Of a DNA stretch of 64,000 nt, positions 1 to 13,180 are shown piece by piece. Origin of the DNA: Eledone cirrhosa (taxonomy: Eukaryota); the NCBI GenBank assembly GCA_964016885.1, contig OZ024740.1:381176001-381240000 (forward strand). Direction: 5' to 3'. The first letter of the stretch is position 1, and each line of letters opens with the position of its first letter. The notes under the pieces are model-generated. The model saw only the letters and a list, made by a program, of their open reading frames with translations, made no database searches and was not told where the DNA came from. Position numbers and translations under genes: made by a program.

Positions 1-792
1 ATAAATCATATAAACATTTTGGAATATCCATCACGGAAATTTATTTAGTCATTGTTAATTTTAGGGAGTGTGAGTCGTCTGCCTGCAACATTGTCTAAAG
101 TTATCTTCTTTACCCCCCCCCCCCCCCCCGCCCCCTCCTAAAACACACACACGCAGACTGAGAATGAAAGAGAAGGAGCAAACAACCCTTACGATCTAAA
201 TGCATTTTCTCCTTAAAATATGGTGTTACTATTACCACTGTAAAATTATTTATTAAAAGCAAAATCCTCCCAAAACATAAAACCTTACACCCCACAGAGA
301 ACCTTAACTCCCTACAGAGAAAATGCATCTTCCTGTCTAGCAAATTTATCCAGTTACCATATTTTTATTTGCAACACTTGCACTCCGCTTTAATGTGATA
401 TCCGTTTGTCTTCTTTGTTTACTTAGTAACGCAGAAAAGATTTCTTTTCCATTCGCAGATGACGATACACCGTAGCTTATTTATATTTTACCATTCCTTT
501 TTAAAATTCTCAAACTCTTTCGAGTATATATATTATTATTATTAGCTTCCTGTATCGCCTAATACTTTTCTTTTTAAGTCAGCTTTGTTGCTTCTTCTAC
601 AACTCCCTTTTTTTATTCTTCAATTCCCACCAGACAGCACCCTCCTCCCTTAAGAGGTAGGGGTAGGAGTCACAAAGACGGTGCTTCTGTTTTAAATTCT
701 CTCATTCATCACCATACGTCTATCTTAGGACTTTATTTATACGTTTGTATATATTATTGTGGTGATAATAAAGAAAGGATTCTAAGAAACGA

Positions 793-945
793 TGGGTGGA
801 TTGGCAGAATCGTTAGAGCGTCAGATGAAAATGCTTGCTTTACGGTTTTTAAAAATCCGTCCGAGGTCAACTTTGCTTTTCATCCTGCCGTGGTCGATAG
901 AATAAAGCACCAGTGAAGTACTGGGGTCGATACAATCGATTTTCA
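793..945 (+). mobile_element. tRNA-derived SINE (diverged copy of the dominant SINE family)
   Basis: ggtggattggcagaatcgttagag (A-box-like) ... ccgaggtcaactttgcttttcatcc ... gtcgatagaataaagcaccag, matching the copies at 46691 and 60200. Confidence 0.75.
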
Positions 946-1533
946 CTTGCTAGACAGATTTATTAAAATAAATTATTTTTATGTGTAAACCACAGAAACC
1001 GCATCTAGATCTAGATTCATACCCCCCTCCCCCCAGATACTGAAGGCTGCCAAGGATTTTCTTAGAACAAATTAAATTAGTTGTTGCTGTGGTGAACTTT
1101 ATTTTCTCTCATTTTCATGCACTCTTTAACACTGCTTTATTACCCAGCATATATATTTTACTTACTGATTTTTGTACACCGGTCTCCTAAATATGTTCTC
1201 TATAAAAGACAAGATATAACACATTGAGATATAATGAACACATTGAGATATAATGTACATTACTGACCAATTTTTAAATATATATATGACAATCTCCCTA
1301 GTGGTAATGCAATTCTAAAATGTACCTGGGCTCTGTAGAGTCCAGGAATGTATATAAGGAAGTAGCAGCCCCCAGTTGGCCAGGGAGGCCAATGGCTCTA
1401 ATTAAGTACTGACTTGGTCTTTGCTGGTACATCCAACCAACCCTTGCTAGCAGGGAAAATGGATGTTAAATGATGGTGATGATTATTGTGTGTATGTGTG
1501 TGTTTACTGTCTGCCTGTCAGTCTGTTTCTCCG

Positions 1534-1900
1534 TTAACCCTTTAGCATTTCAATCAGTTGTATCCGGTCAGAATTTTCTTCTTTCAGTTCAGACCAGCTG
1601 TAACTGGCCACTTATACTGATGTGAAGGTGTTGCTCTCAAAATAAATAATTGTTTCTACTTTTGGCACAAGGCCAGCAATTATCCTAGGGCATTACTGGT
1701 GCTTTTTATCGACCCCGTAAGGATGAAAGGCAAAGTTAACCTTGGCGGGATTTGGACTCAGACCATACAGAGCCGTAACTCTATGCTGCAAAGCATGGCA
1801 TCCGAACCTCCACCGATACTGCCAATCCACCAATATTATGTGAGATAAAGCCTTTACTGTGAAAATACAATAGTATATACAGAATAAAGTAAGTGTTAAT
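1534..1900. mobile_element. piggyBac-like MITE interrupted by a SINE
   Basis: Starts TTAA-CCCTTT. The body aligns to the intact copy at 15563-15780 on both sides of the SINE. Confidence 0.6.
1645..1831 (-). mobile_element. tRNA-derived SINE, full length
   Basis: Reverse complement of the 46691/60200 consensus (ggtggattggcagtatcgg ... ggccttgtgccaaaagtagaaacaattatt). Confidence 0.85.
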
Positions 1901-2970
1901 GTCTACAACACTTACACCTTACCCATTTTCCTCGGTGAATCTATATCATTTTTTTTCTTGATGTTACCTATTGTGTTTGTGTGTGAGATTTCTTGTAAGT
2001 GAATGGTATTTGTCTGAACAAACATATGCCCCCTTCCCCAATAAGCATTTTTTCCCCATTTATCTTAATTCTATGGCATTTAAAATTTGCAAGGATCCTG
2101 ATTTTCTTAGAATCTGCCTCTACTTTTCCCAAGTTTTCTTTTCTCCATCTTTACCATAGCTATTTTCCACTTTAGTCCCTTTAGTATATATACTTCATTA
2201 ATTTCACACATTACATTGTTATACTAAACAAAGAAGAAAGAGAATGATATAACATGACTGACTGAATTATTAGTGCATTAGATAAAATGCCTTGTATTTA
2301 GTTATGATTCTTTGTGTTCAAACCCCAACTTTGCCTTTCATTTTGGTGTAGATGACACAAAGTATCAACCATTGAGGTTGATTTCTTTTTCTATAATGTA
2401 TCCTAAATATGAGTGGAATTATAATAGACTATGGTGATAATAGTGACTAAGACTAGATTCTAAGGTTAGTGTTTTACATCCTACAGCACATACACTTAAT
2501 TCAATTTGTGAATTATACTAACATACTACTGGAAGCTTGTTGGATGGATTGTAGCAGCAATATATACTCATTGTTGAAACCGGTGAAGATCCATTCGAAT
2601 CATAGGATTAAAGGAAAAGATCTGGTTATGGTGTATGTCTCATTGTCATAAGGGTGTGACTTTGATTCCTGGACTGGGTTATATGTTGTTCTTCAGCAAG
2701 ACACTTCATTTCACATGGTTTTTCAGGATAGGAGCAGGCCCCTATATATATATACACACCTACATTCATACACAAATATATATATACATACACACACATG
2801 GACATATTTTTTCAATATGAACCCTTGCCAGTAATTATTCCAATCTGCTATTATTGCTCTCTATTTTTTGAACCAGTAATACCCAGAGCATAATGAGATG
2901 CAACATAAACAACACTGGTTTCTGGGTGGTGTAATCCTAAACACTGGCAAACACGCTCTCATACATGCAT

Positions 2971-5937
2971 ATCATCATTATCATTGTTTAACGTCCATCT
3001 TCCACGCTAGCATGGGTCTGGACGAGAATTGTCCCACTTGAGGCAAGATTGGTTGTCTTGCTCAGGACTGTCTGGCGGGTTTTCTACGGCTGGATGCCCT
3101 TCCTAACACCAACCACGTTTATAATGTGGACTGGGAGGTTTTTACCATGTTACCTACACGGCCACATTAAAGCGTGGACTGTGTGTTTTTTTTATCGTGA
3201 CACCTACACGACCTCATTTATTTAGAACTGGATGTTGTGGTACCAACATAACTTTACATCGAAAGGGTGGTGTAGATGGGGGTGGGTGTAGGGGTAGTGG
3301 ACGGGGGTGTATTTTGGTTAAGAGGTGCCTACTGACTGTAGGTTTCGCTTTGTACTTAAGCAAAGCGGGTCTTCTGTATTACTGCGTAGCGCCAAAGATC
3401 TCAGTCCAGTGACATTGTCTTAGAGCAGGTGTAAGTGTGTGAGGTCGGAATTTATCAAGTTGTCCCAGGTTTTTCTGGGTCTGCCTACTCTGTGGCTACC
3501 GTCTATTTTGATCGCCCTGCACTTTTTTTATACAGCAGTCGTCTTTCATGTGCATCACGTGACCATACCAACATAGTCTTCTCTCAAGTAAACAGCATCT
3601 GATCCCTCTTATTCCTAATTTCTCACTTAGTTCATTTATGCTTTGCCGTTCACGTATATTACTATTACACATCCAACGGAGCATGAAAGCTTCGTTCCTC
3701 TCCAGTCTGCGTAGATCCTCTCTGCACACAATGCCCAAGTCTCACTGCCATGTAACATTGCTGTTCATATGCAGGCATCATACAGCCTGCCTTTCATTTT
3801 TAGAGAGAAACCTTTAGCGGCCAATAGTTGTATAAGCTCTCTGAACTTTTTCCATCCTGTTCTGACTCTAGCTACAGTACTTTCGGAGCACCCTCCACCA
3901 CTGCTGATTTTGTCACCCAGGTAACGGAAGGTGTTCATTATTTCTATAGAACCATCTGGGCAATGGAATGAGCTAGTATTCTGTGGGCATTTGCTGAGCA
4001 CCGACCACATATAAAATCTATATTCTTAGTTAGCTTACCTGTGATCCCACTACATCTTTTATGCACCCATACTTTGCATTTGGGACATAAAATGGAGTTT
4101 ATGCCTACTCCTTTCCTACACACTGAGCATGGTCATTTCCTAGATGGGACCAGTGCCCTATTTTCCTTCCTACATATTAGAACTTTAGTCTTAGGCAAGT
4201 TAATTTCTAGGCCATGCTTCCATGTTTGGAATTTCTTCTCTAGTTCAGCCATTGATTCGGCTATGAGCGTTAGATCATCTGCGTGTAGAAGTTCCCATGG
4301 GCAGCCAGTCTTGAACTCCTCTGTTATAGCCTGGAGGGCGATAATAAATAGGAGGGGGCTAAGGACGGAGCCCTGATGAACACCAACTTTTACGCTAAAC
4401 TCTTCACTATATTCGTTGTTAATTCTAACCTTGCTGACTGTTTCTTTATACATGGCTTGTATAGCTCTCACCAGCCATTCATCAACACCTAGTTTTCTTA
4501 GAGCCCACCAGATAATGGGGCGTGGGACTCTGTCAAAGGCTTTCTCCAAGTCAACGAAAGCTAAGTATAGGGGTTTACTTTTAGCTAGGTACTTCTCCTG
4601 TAGTTGTCGTACAATGAAAAGAGCGTCTGTGGTACTTTTACCTGACACAAACTCGAACTGCATTTCATCTAGATCAATTTGCTCTCTGATTAGTTGCGCT
4701 ATTACTTTTTCTGTGACCTTCATGACCTGGTCAGTTAATTTAATGCCTCTATAGTTTCCCCTATCTAGGGCATCTCCTTTACCCTTGTAACAGTTAATGA
4801 TGATGCTGCTTCGCCAGTCCTTTGGTACGACCTCATTCTGTATGACTTGGTGTAATATCCGGGTGACCATAGTTTGTCCCACCGTTCCAGATGCTTTCAG
4901 CATTTCAGCAACTATTTCCGAAGGCCCAGCCACCTTACCCGTTTTCATATCTTTGATTGCCTTACTTATTATACTACCTTCAACTTGCACTGCTGGTCCC
5001 TCTATTGGATCGATTTGAGGAGACTGTCTTTCTCCCATTTATTCTCCTCATTTAGTAGCCTTTCGTAGCGACACTTCCAAGCTACCTTCTTATCAGCGTC
5101 AGTGATGCCAAGTACACCATCATCATTAAGGACACACTTCTCCCCGACAATATCATGGTTTTCCTTGACACATTGCCTAGCAATCTTGAACACCTCACGT
5201 TTTTGGTCCTCGCGTTGTAGAACATGCTTGAACTTTCTTTCCTCTGCTTCCCTTCTTGCGAAGTACACTTGTCTCCTAGCTTCCCTCCTGGCCACTTGAT
5301 AGTCTTCTCTATTTCCCCCCATCCCACCATACTTTCCAAGCCTACTTTTTGGCCTTAATTGACTCCTCCACCTTACTCTTCCACCACCAAGTTACTCTCC
5401 TCCTGCCTATAGGTCTGCTCCAGCCACAGATTTCATCTGTCGCCTGCAGCAGGTTAGCTTTCAGGAATACCCACTGTTCCTATATTGTATGACTCTAATT
5501 GCTCTTCCTTACTGTCAGAAGCATCAAGTAATATGCTTTTAAATTTATTACTGGCTGTGGGGTCCTTTAACTTCCATATTTTTCTCCTAAGGATAGTTCT
5601 CCTCTGTTGTCGAGTACGTCTCGTCCTGACTATGAGGTTGCTAACTATGAGGCTATGTTGGGAGGTGCATTCTTCATGGGGGAGGGATTTAGTGTTTACA
5701 ACAGACACTCTTGTCATGTCTTCTCGTAAGGATATAATCTATCTGACTGGCGTGTTCCCCTGATCTATAGGTGATCAAGTGATTGTCTCGTTTTTTGACA
5801 GATAGTTAGGTTATTTGCATCACAGAATTCCAGGATTCTGGAGCCTTCCTAATTTCTAGTACCAAACCCATAGCCTCCATGGATTCCGTCATAACCATCA
5901 CAGTGTTGTCCAACGTGACCATTTAGGTCACCAACAA
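2971..5937 (-). mobile_element. RTE-clade LINE, 5'-truncated and frameshifted (end of APE domain, RT, 3'UTR, (GAT)n tail)
   Basis: ORF fragments with NYRGIKL, FVDLEKAFDRVP, GVHQGSVLSPLLF, LLHADD, FRYLG and RRLCWYGHV. The 3' end reads ggacgttaaacaatgataatgatgat. Confidence 0.92.
4133..5038 (-). pseudogene. RTE reverse transcriptase core fragment
   Basis: 301-aa ORF with non-LTR RT motifs. HADD stands in place of YADD, and the flanking frames are broken. Confidence 0.9.
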
Positions 5938-6396
5938 TAATATATATACACACAATAGTCTTTAACTATTAAATTCCACCCACTAATTATTGGTGAACCT
6001 AAACCTGTATATAATAGGAGACACATACCCAAGGTGTCATGAAACCTCTTAATCAAACAGCCATGCCTGTGCCCTTATGTATATTTTATGTATAAATATT
6101 TATATGATATACACTACTGGGGGTAAACAGTCGATTGCAGGATATCTTGATGATTTAAGATATGTGATAATTGGAGTTCAGTCTTATTGATTTATTCCAG
6201 ATGGCTAGTGGTGTCTATTAATGCTGGGTAAGCTGAATCAATATTTAATGTAGTTATCTGTAAAAATGGCACCCAGCTGTAAAAGCACCATTTTACATGT
6301 GTGTGAATTATACAAATTTTCATGGAATTCTGTGTGTGTGTATATACATTGTGTGTATACACACACACACACACACACACACACTGTATATACATA

Positions 6397-6631
6397 TAGG
6401 GTGTCCCAAAAATATATACAAACTTTGATTACCTGTACAGGCAATATTTATTAGAATACTATTGAAGTGTATATACATTTTTAGAGGACACCATATATAT
6501 ATATATATATATATATCACCATTTAACATCCAAAGATGTCCCAAAAAATGTATACACACTTTGATTACCTGTACAGGCAATACTTATTAGAATGCTGTTG
6601 AAGAGAGTATATATTTTTTGGGGACACCCTA
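6397..6631. mobile_element. Two tandem ~98-bp Tc1/mariner-type MITE copies
   Basis: TIR tagggtgtcccaaaaaatgtatacac / gtatatattttttggggacacccta flanked by TA. A third copy lies at ~10165-10262. Confidence 0.7.
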
Positions 6632-7085
6632 TATATATTTATAAACACACTCACATAAAGTTGAGGAAGTAAACTGGTGCAAAAGTTTAATGTTTAACTA
6701 GTTGTCTTGGTCAATTCGTTACAGAGTAAATGTAGCTGCTGCTATGTTTGGCCAAATTAGCTAGTTTGTGATAGTGTAAATAAAGCCAGGCAGTAAGATA
6801 ATTATAGGCTTTATTTAGGCTATGTTTAATCTGGATATCCTAGTATAGAGATCTTGCTATTTTAAAACCACAATTGTTTCTTAATTGTTATCATGCATAC
6901 CTTTTTATAAAGCCTAGGATTAAATTGCTGAAATGCCATTTAAACATTTAGAGATTTCTACATTTCAAATCTATTGGAATGTTAAAATCTAGATTAAAAT
7001 AGTATATAATAAAAACCTTTGAGTCACTTCTGCTTTATCTTTTAATTAAAGAATAAATTCAAGCTATGGTGCTGTGTTCTTAGAT

Positions 7086-7262
7086 ATATACTAAAGCAAA
7101 TACTGTAGAATGTGCTTAATTATAGAGAAAAATTAAATGTAATCATATACTAAAGCAAATACTGTAGAATGTGCTTAATTATAGAGAAAAATTAAATGTA
7201 ATCATATACTAAAGCAAATACTGTAGAATGTGCTTAATTATAGAGAAAAATTAAATGTAATC
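7086..7262. repeat. Perfect 59-bp tandem repeat x3
   Basis: atatactaaagcaaatactgtagaatgtgcttaattatagagaaaaattaaatgtaatc occurs three times. Confidence 0.95.
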
Positions 7263-7594
7263 CTATCTCATTGTCATAATTTAATAGTTGGGCTGAGGAA
7301 GAGCATCCAAATTGAAGATATGTTTCATCAATTACTTATATAGTCATCTGTCCAATGATTACATAATAAAAAAAAGCTTCTATTTATTTGACTATTGTGT
7401 AGGAGTATATTTATTCTTTTTAGTGTATGTCAGTCATGATTGAACAAACCTTATGATCAATGCCATTACAGCCATGACCAACCATCACATTTTTTCAGAG
7501 ATGTGCGTGAATATATTATGTAATGTGTATTTTTATTTTTAACAGTTGGGTATCATTGATAGTTTAACACAATTGAATGTTCGATAGCTTAGAG

Positions 7595-7750
7595 CAGTGG
7601 TTACCAAAGTGGGTTCTGCAGAACCCAAGGAGTGTCTGGGGTTCCTTGAAAAAAGAGGAGTATATTTATATTGTGACCTTTTTTAAGTATTAGACTTTGG
7701 GGTTCCCCCAAAAGTTTCTCCTGGTTTAGAGTATAGGTTCAAACGTTTTG
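7595..7750. mobile_element. hAT-like MITE remnant (related copy at ~13492-13660)
   Basis: Starts cagtggttaccaaagtgggttctgcagaaccc. Shares internal ttagactttggggtt..cccaaaagtttct with the second copy. Confidence 0.5.
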
Positions 7751-8839
7751 AAGAACAAGCCATTATAATTGCAGTAAAAGCATCGAAGTGAGGATACTGC
7801 AAGAAAAGACTTTGATCATCCCATTATCATTTTTGCAGACTTTTTACTTTTGGGTTTGTTTTGGATATTCATGACCATTGCAGGTACTCGAAGACCAGTG
7901 AGATCAAGTGTTAATGCTCCCTACTCATCTAGAACTGTATTATCCAAAGTGTCCTTCCAATTTTTTAAAGATGGAAAGCTATGTAATTTGAGTGGGATAG
8001 TTAACTGCTATTTTTAGCAGGCCATGCTCATTAGCTTATTTCTAGACATTTAGTTGACATTTAATGTTTGATTAAAATTATAAATTAGTTTTGTCATCAA
8101 TATTAATTAACCACATGCTAGGATGTTTATATTATTCTAAATTCTGAATTGCTAATTTTAGAAAGTATTCCACTGAAGACATTAATGAGAAGTAACTTTA
8201 ATCAATTTACTGAAAATGGCACGGAATGTACTGTAATAAAACTTATCTGATATAAAAGTAACATGAGTAATAGGTGATCTTTTTCCAAATCAAGTAACCT
8301 ATCTTTAGTTTTTGTTATATGAAAAAGATGAAAAATACATTGGTCTATTCCTACCAAAGTATTTGAACTTGGCACTTCAAAACTACTTAGCTATTTTCCA
8401 GAGTACTGGTGCTACTTAAAGTTATTAATTATAGTTGTCTATATCTTCATGGAGCTAGGTGTACTTGGTTGGCTATTTAGGGTTGAGTTTCTTGAACACA
8501 TACATAATGTTGATGACAAAATGTAAACCTGCAACCTTCTCGAATACCTGCTTCTACTCTATCAATTTAGCAATCCAGAATATGATTCTCTATACTGTTA
8601 TCAATTGTTTATTAATATAAAATTATGTTAATATATCTGGGCAGTATTTATGTCTAATTGTTTGTTTTGAGCTCAAATCTTTCCAAAGATAACTTTGCTC
8701 TTTTTCTGGGTTTGATAAAATAAATACCAATCAAGTAGCAATGCTAAGGCTCTTCCAATCAGAACTGACTTGATTTATATCCAGCTGACTCTTGGATCCA
8801 TATGCAAAGTTGACTGTTGCAAGCATCCTGGCCAGCCCC

Positions 8840-8883
<44 letters not shown>

Positions 8884-10466
8884 ATAAAATAAAAGTAAAC
8901 ATTTTGTTTTCTGTTTCTCTCATTCAAACGGAAATGTAGAATTTGTTGATAATGAACTTAAAAACGGTGAAGAAAAATGCAAATTCTCAATCCAACCTAC
9001 TTTATATCATCTAATGGTTAATCAAGTGTTCAATCAGAAAAGAAGACTACAGCGAGTTAATTAGTCAGTCAACTAGATGGACATGAAAGATCAAAAGTTT
9101 CTATTTTTCATTCCTTCCCACCATTTCCGCTGCACTTTCACCTCACACGCCTCTGCTCTTACCATTTCTTCCTGAAACACTTAAAGAGGAAACTTAGTGT
9201 ATTCAATTGCACATTACTAATCTTCTCTTCCACACATCATTTCCCCCCTCTCCCTTTGAAATTTTAACCCCCTCTCTCTTTGTCTCTCATATCTGGGATG
9301 TATTTTTTCTAGTCAGGAAACTGGCTCCAGAAATCTCACATTTCTTTGCTCTTTTCATTTTTTCTATATTTAAAATATAAATTACTTTCATTCTTCCCCA
9401 TTTTCTCTTTTTTTAGCCCACTTTCATTTTTATCCCCTCCCTTTTCAGCCCACTTGCCTTTTTATCCTCTCTCTCTTTTACCCATTTTCTTTCTTATCCA
9501 TCCTGTTTATCCCTCTTCTCTATCTTATTTTTCATCCCTCTCTCCACTTTATCCTCTTATATCCTACTCTTCACTTTCTACCCTTCTTCCTTTCTCTGTC
9601 ATATTTAGCCCCCAAACTGGTCTGGCAGACAGACTGAATTGAATTTATGCACACACACATGCATGGACACACACACACACCAAACATGCTCACAATTAGC
9701 AACAGTAATAACATACACACATTTACAGACTCATACAAAATATTCACACTACAGTTACACACACAAACAAAATGTACACAATATCTGTATACCACATTTT
9801 ACACACATTACTTACACAAAATTGAGACACTACACTACATTTACACATACACAAAATTTAACACTATATTTAGACACTCATATGCACATTAAATGTGTAC
9901 ACACATTCATTTACTCACATAAACACAGACAAAATGTGTACATTTTCTCTTTACACACAAAATGTGCACACTATATTTAAAGACTCTTATATACACATAA
10001 GAGGTACATACTACATTTCCATGTACACATGGACACATACATGATTCATGTACACTTACACTCATCCATGTACCACATACACACACAAATATACACACTA
10101 GTTTTATACATTCACATGCACATACGCTCAAAAATAAATTAATCCCTTAGTCATATACAGTAAATATACAGCGCCCCCCCCCCCCCCCCCAAAAAAAATG
10201 TATACACATATTTATTAGAATACTGTGGAAGTGTATATACATTTTTTTGGAGACACCCTGTGTATTGCACAAGTAACTAATTCATAATAAATGATCTGAT
10301 CAGGCTATAATTACAGAATACTTAATTTACTCACATCAAACTAATTTACTTATGTCTAATTAACATGGTAATGTAACCCTGAGGAAATAAATTCTTATTT
10401 ATTATTCCATTCAAAGAATGATTTATTTTTAAATAAACATCATGAATTATTGAAGAACTTGTGGTG

Positions 10467-10750
10467 CAGTCATGGGCAACCTGCTGCCTGTGAAGCTTTC
10501 TGAATGGCTCGCCTAAGTCACTTGATTGAAATCTTTCTAATTTTTTTACCCCAACTTTTCAGTTATAATTTATCTATCATTTTTATGATCAAGGAAAATG
10601 TGTACGAATTCTGAAGAACCAAATCAAAACAACCAGAGTTACCATCCTTTTTTTTAATGTAGGCACGAATGTAAATTAGCACTTGTAGCCTGCTTTTTGA
10701 TGAGTCATATCTCCTGTGGCCCATTTCTCAAAAAAGGTTGCCCATGCCTG
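10467..10750. mobile_element. hAT (Charlie-like) MITE
   Basis: TIRs cagtcatgggcaacc / ggttgcccatgcctg. Confidence 0.6.
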
Positions 10751-12708
10751 GTGTTTGAAATGTGAAAGTTCCCAAAATGCAGAAAATGATTGTAATAACA
10801 ATCAATTTCTGTAGATAATAGTTGAGAAAATTGGGTAAAATTACCCTGAAAGACACTGCCTATGATTTTCAAACCAGTTTGAAAATAATTAAGAATTTGA
10901 AATGATTTAGTAATATAACTAACTTTCTCATTATTAAGCTGTTGTTTGGAGTTTATCCTTACAAAAATTCTTAGATAAAGATATGTTGGAAGGCTTTTAA
11001 GTAAATATAGTCAGCACCTACATAACATAAACAGGACGTTTTCAGGTGGTTTGGTATCAAAAGTGTTAATATGTGGTGAGGATTGTTTTAGAAAACTGGT
11101 AAAATGCAAGTTAGAGATGAAGAAAAGAACTTGTCATCACTATTGCTTTCCAGTTCCTTTGAAAAAGGGGTCTTAATATTAAAATATCATAAAATATAAT
11201 GTAAAAGTTTTACTTTACTCTTGTTTTCATTCTTTTATTTCTATTTTGCATTGCATTGCCTTTCTTCAAACAATTCTAGAATTATTAACACAAGAGTTGT
11301 TATTTAACCCCCAAGTCAGTCATAACCCATCACTTGGCTGTTGGGTGTCTTTAGCAGTATTCACTTTGTTGCAAACATTAAGATTAATCCTCTGGTTTGA
11401 GGATACCTTTCTCCCACCTTCCCAACATTATCCAAATTCCAGGAAAGGGACATAGGCAATGTTTCCCCCACCTAATTACACAGGATAAAAAAGCAGATTG
11501 TGATCAAAGGTGTTTCTGCCAGAGTCGCACTTTTTATATATCTATAACTATATTATCTGCATATTTCCTTTTTTAAGACAATGGAAAATTTATCTGTTAA
11601 TTCTAGCACACTTAGCCACCATGTAGAGGTTTCTTCATTGGCTTGAAATAAATCCTGTATCTATTGATTGTCAGGCATTTGGTTATGTTATCTATTGAAG
11701 CAAGTCAAATGACCACATATAGTATTCTCTTGTTGGCCAATTTAACTCTGGGTCAGGCATGATCAGGCACAGCTAAGATCAAAGGTGACCTTCATGGCTT
11801 CACAACTTTTTGTATATTTACATTAACACTGACTACCTTGTACTCTTCTAAATATATTGAGTCAGTGGTTAGTTAGTAGTAGCCCTTTAGTGTCATAGTC
11901 ATTGTCCCATTTTGTTGTATGATAAAGTAATTGTTAAGCACTATTGCTTACACTGCAATGAAGAGCAAGTGGAAGCTGACACATGAGTAAAAAGATCAAA
12001 AGTTTGTTCTTTTAAATTCTCACAAGGAGGTCTAAAGTTTAAGGGGAACTTCCTGTTGTACATGAGATTATGTATCTTAATATACATACATTCATGCACA
12101 CACACACAATGAACCATGGGAGAGGATGGTATAAATTAAGAAAAAAATATTCTTCTAAACAAGTAAGTCTTTGTGGCAATGTTGAGATATTTCCATTTTA
12201 GAAATATTTTCCCAGGAAGATTCTGTATGCAAATGACCTCATTCTCACTGTAGTGGGAGTACAGTATGAGAATCTTGGAACTGATTAGGGGGTCTTAAAT
12301 GGAAACCAAAAAAGGGCCGAGATTGAATTGAATTGAATTAAACTAACAAACCAACCATCAAATTCCCAAAGGTTGCCATGTTTTGTTGATAGAAAGATTT
12401 AGAAAAATGCGATGTCAATATCTCGGAAGTATGATATTATACAGAGTTGTTTTTATCATTTAACATAGGCAGATCTATAATCAAAGCCATCCTCAACTAC
12501 GTTATCTAATGTATCACCACTTTCAACGTAACATGATTAGTGGGAGATTTGGTTACTTCTTCTAGCAAGTCAAGCAACTAAATCTAGGCACCCTCTCTGG
12601 TTGGAATGCAATGATAAAGGTTTCCGATGTATTTGGCTGTACTTGCAAACAAAAAAGAAATTAAATTATTTTTTTTTTAGATTGCATAAATATTTCTGTG
12701 TTTCAGAA

Positions 12709-13180
12709 ATATAAAAAGTTAATAAAGTTTATATCTATAACTGTTTAGAAATCTGCAATTTGAAATAACACACAGGTCAATTTAGTTCAGTCTGTCAAAA
12801 ACAGAGAATTGACATGTGGATGGGTAAGATATTGCACTGAATGAATACCTGACAAAAACAGTAACATTGAAGTAAATGAAATAATCTGACAGTTTTGTGA
12901 GCTCACAAAACTGTCAGATTATTTCATTTACTTCATTAAAAATTGAGGAGTTACATCTCATCTTTATTAACTCTGATCAATAAATTTAGCATGGTAATAT
13001 CAATTTGAGCATGTCGCTCAAATGTTACTGTTTTTGTCAGGTATTCATTCAGTGCAATATCTTACCCATCCACATGTCAATTCTCTGTTTTTGACAGACT
13101 GAACTAAATTGACATGTGTGTTATTTCAAATTGCAGATTTCTAAACAGTTATAGATATAAACTTTATTAACTTTTTATAT
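12709..13180. repeat. 160-bp inverted repeat enclosing a 68-bp perfect palindrome
   Basis: 12709-12868 is the reverse complement of 13021-13180 (one mismatch seen). 12868-12935 is a spacerless palindrome centred on gagctc. Confidence 0.92.

Noticed and set aside
7086-7262. Possible CRISPR-like array
   Set aside because: Contiguous identical units without spacers, in a eukaryotic context
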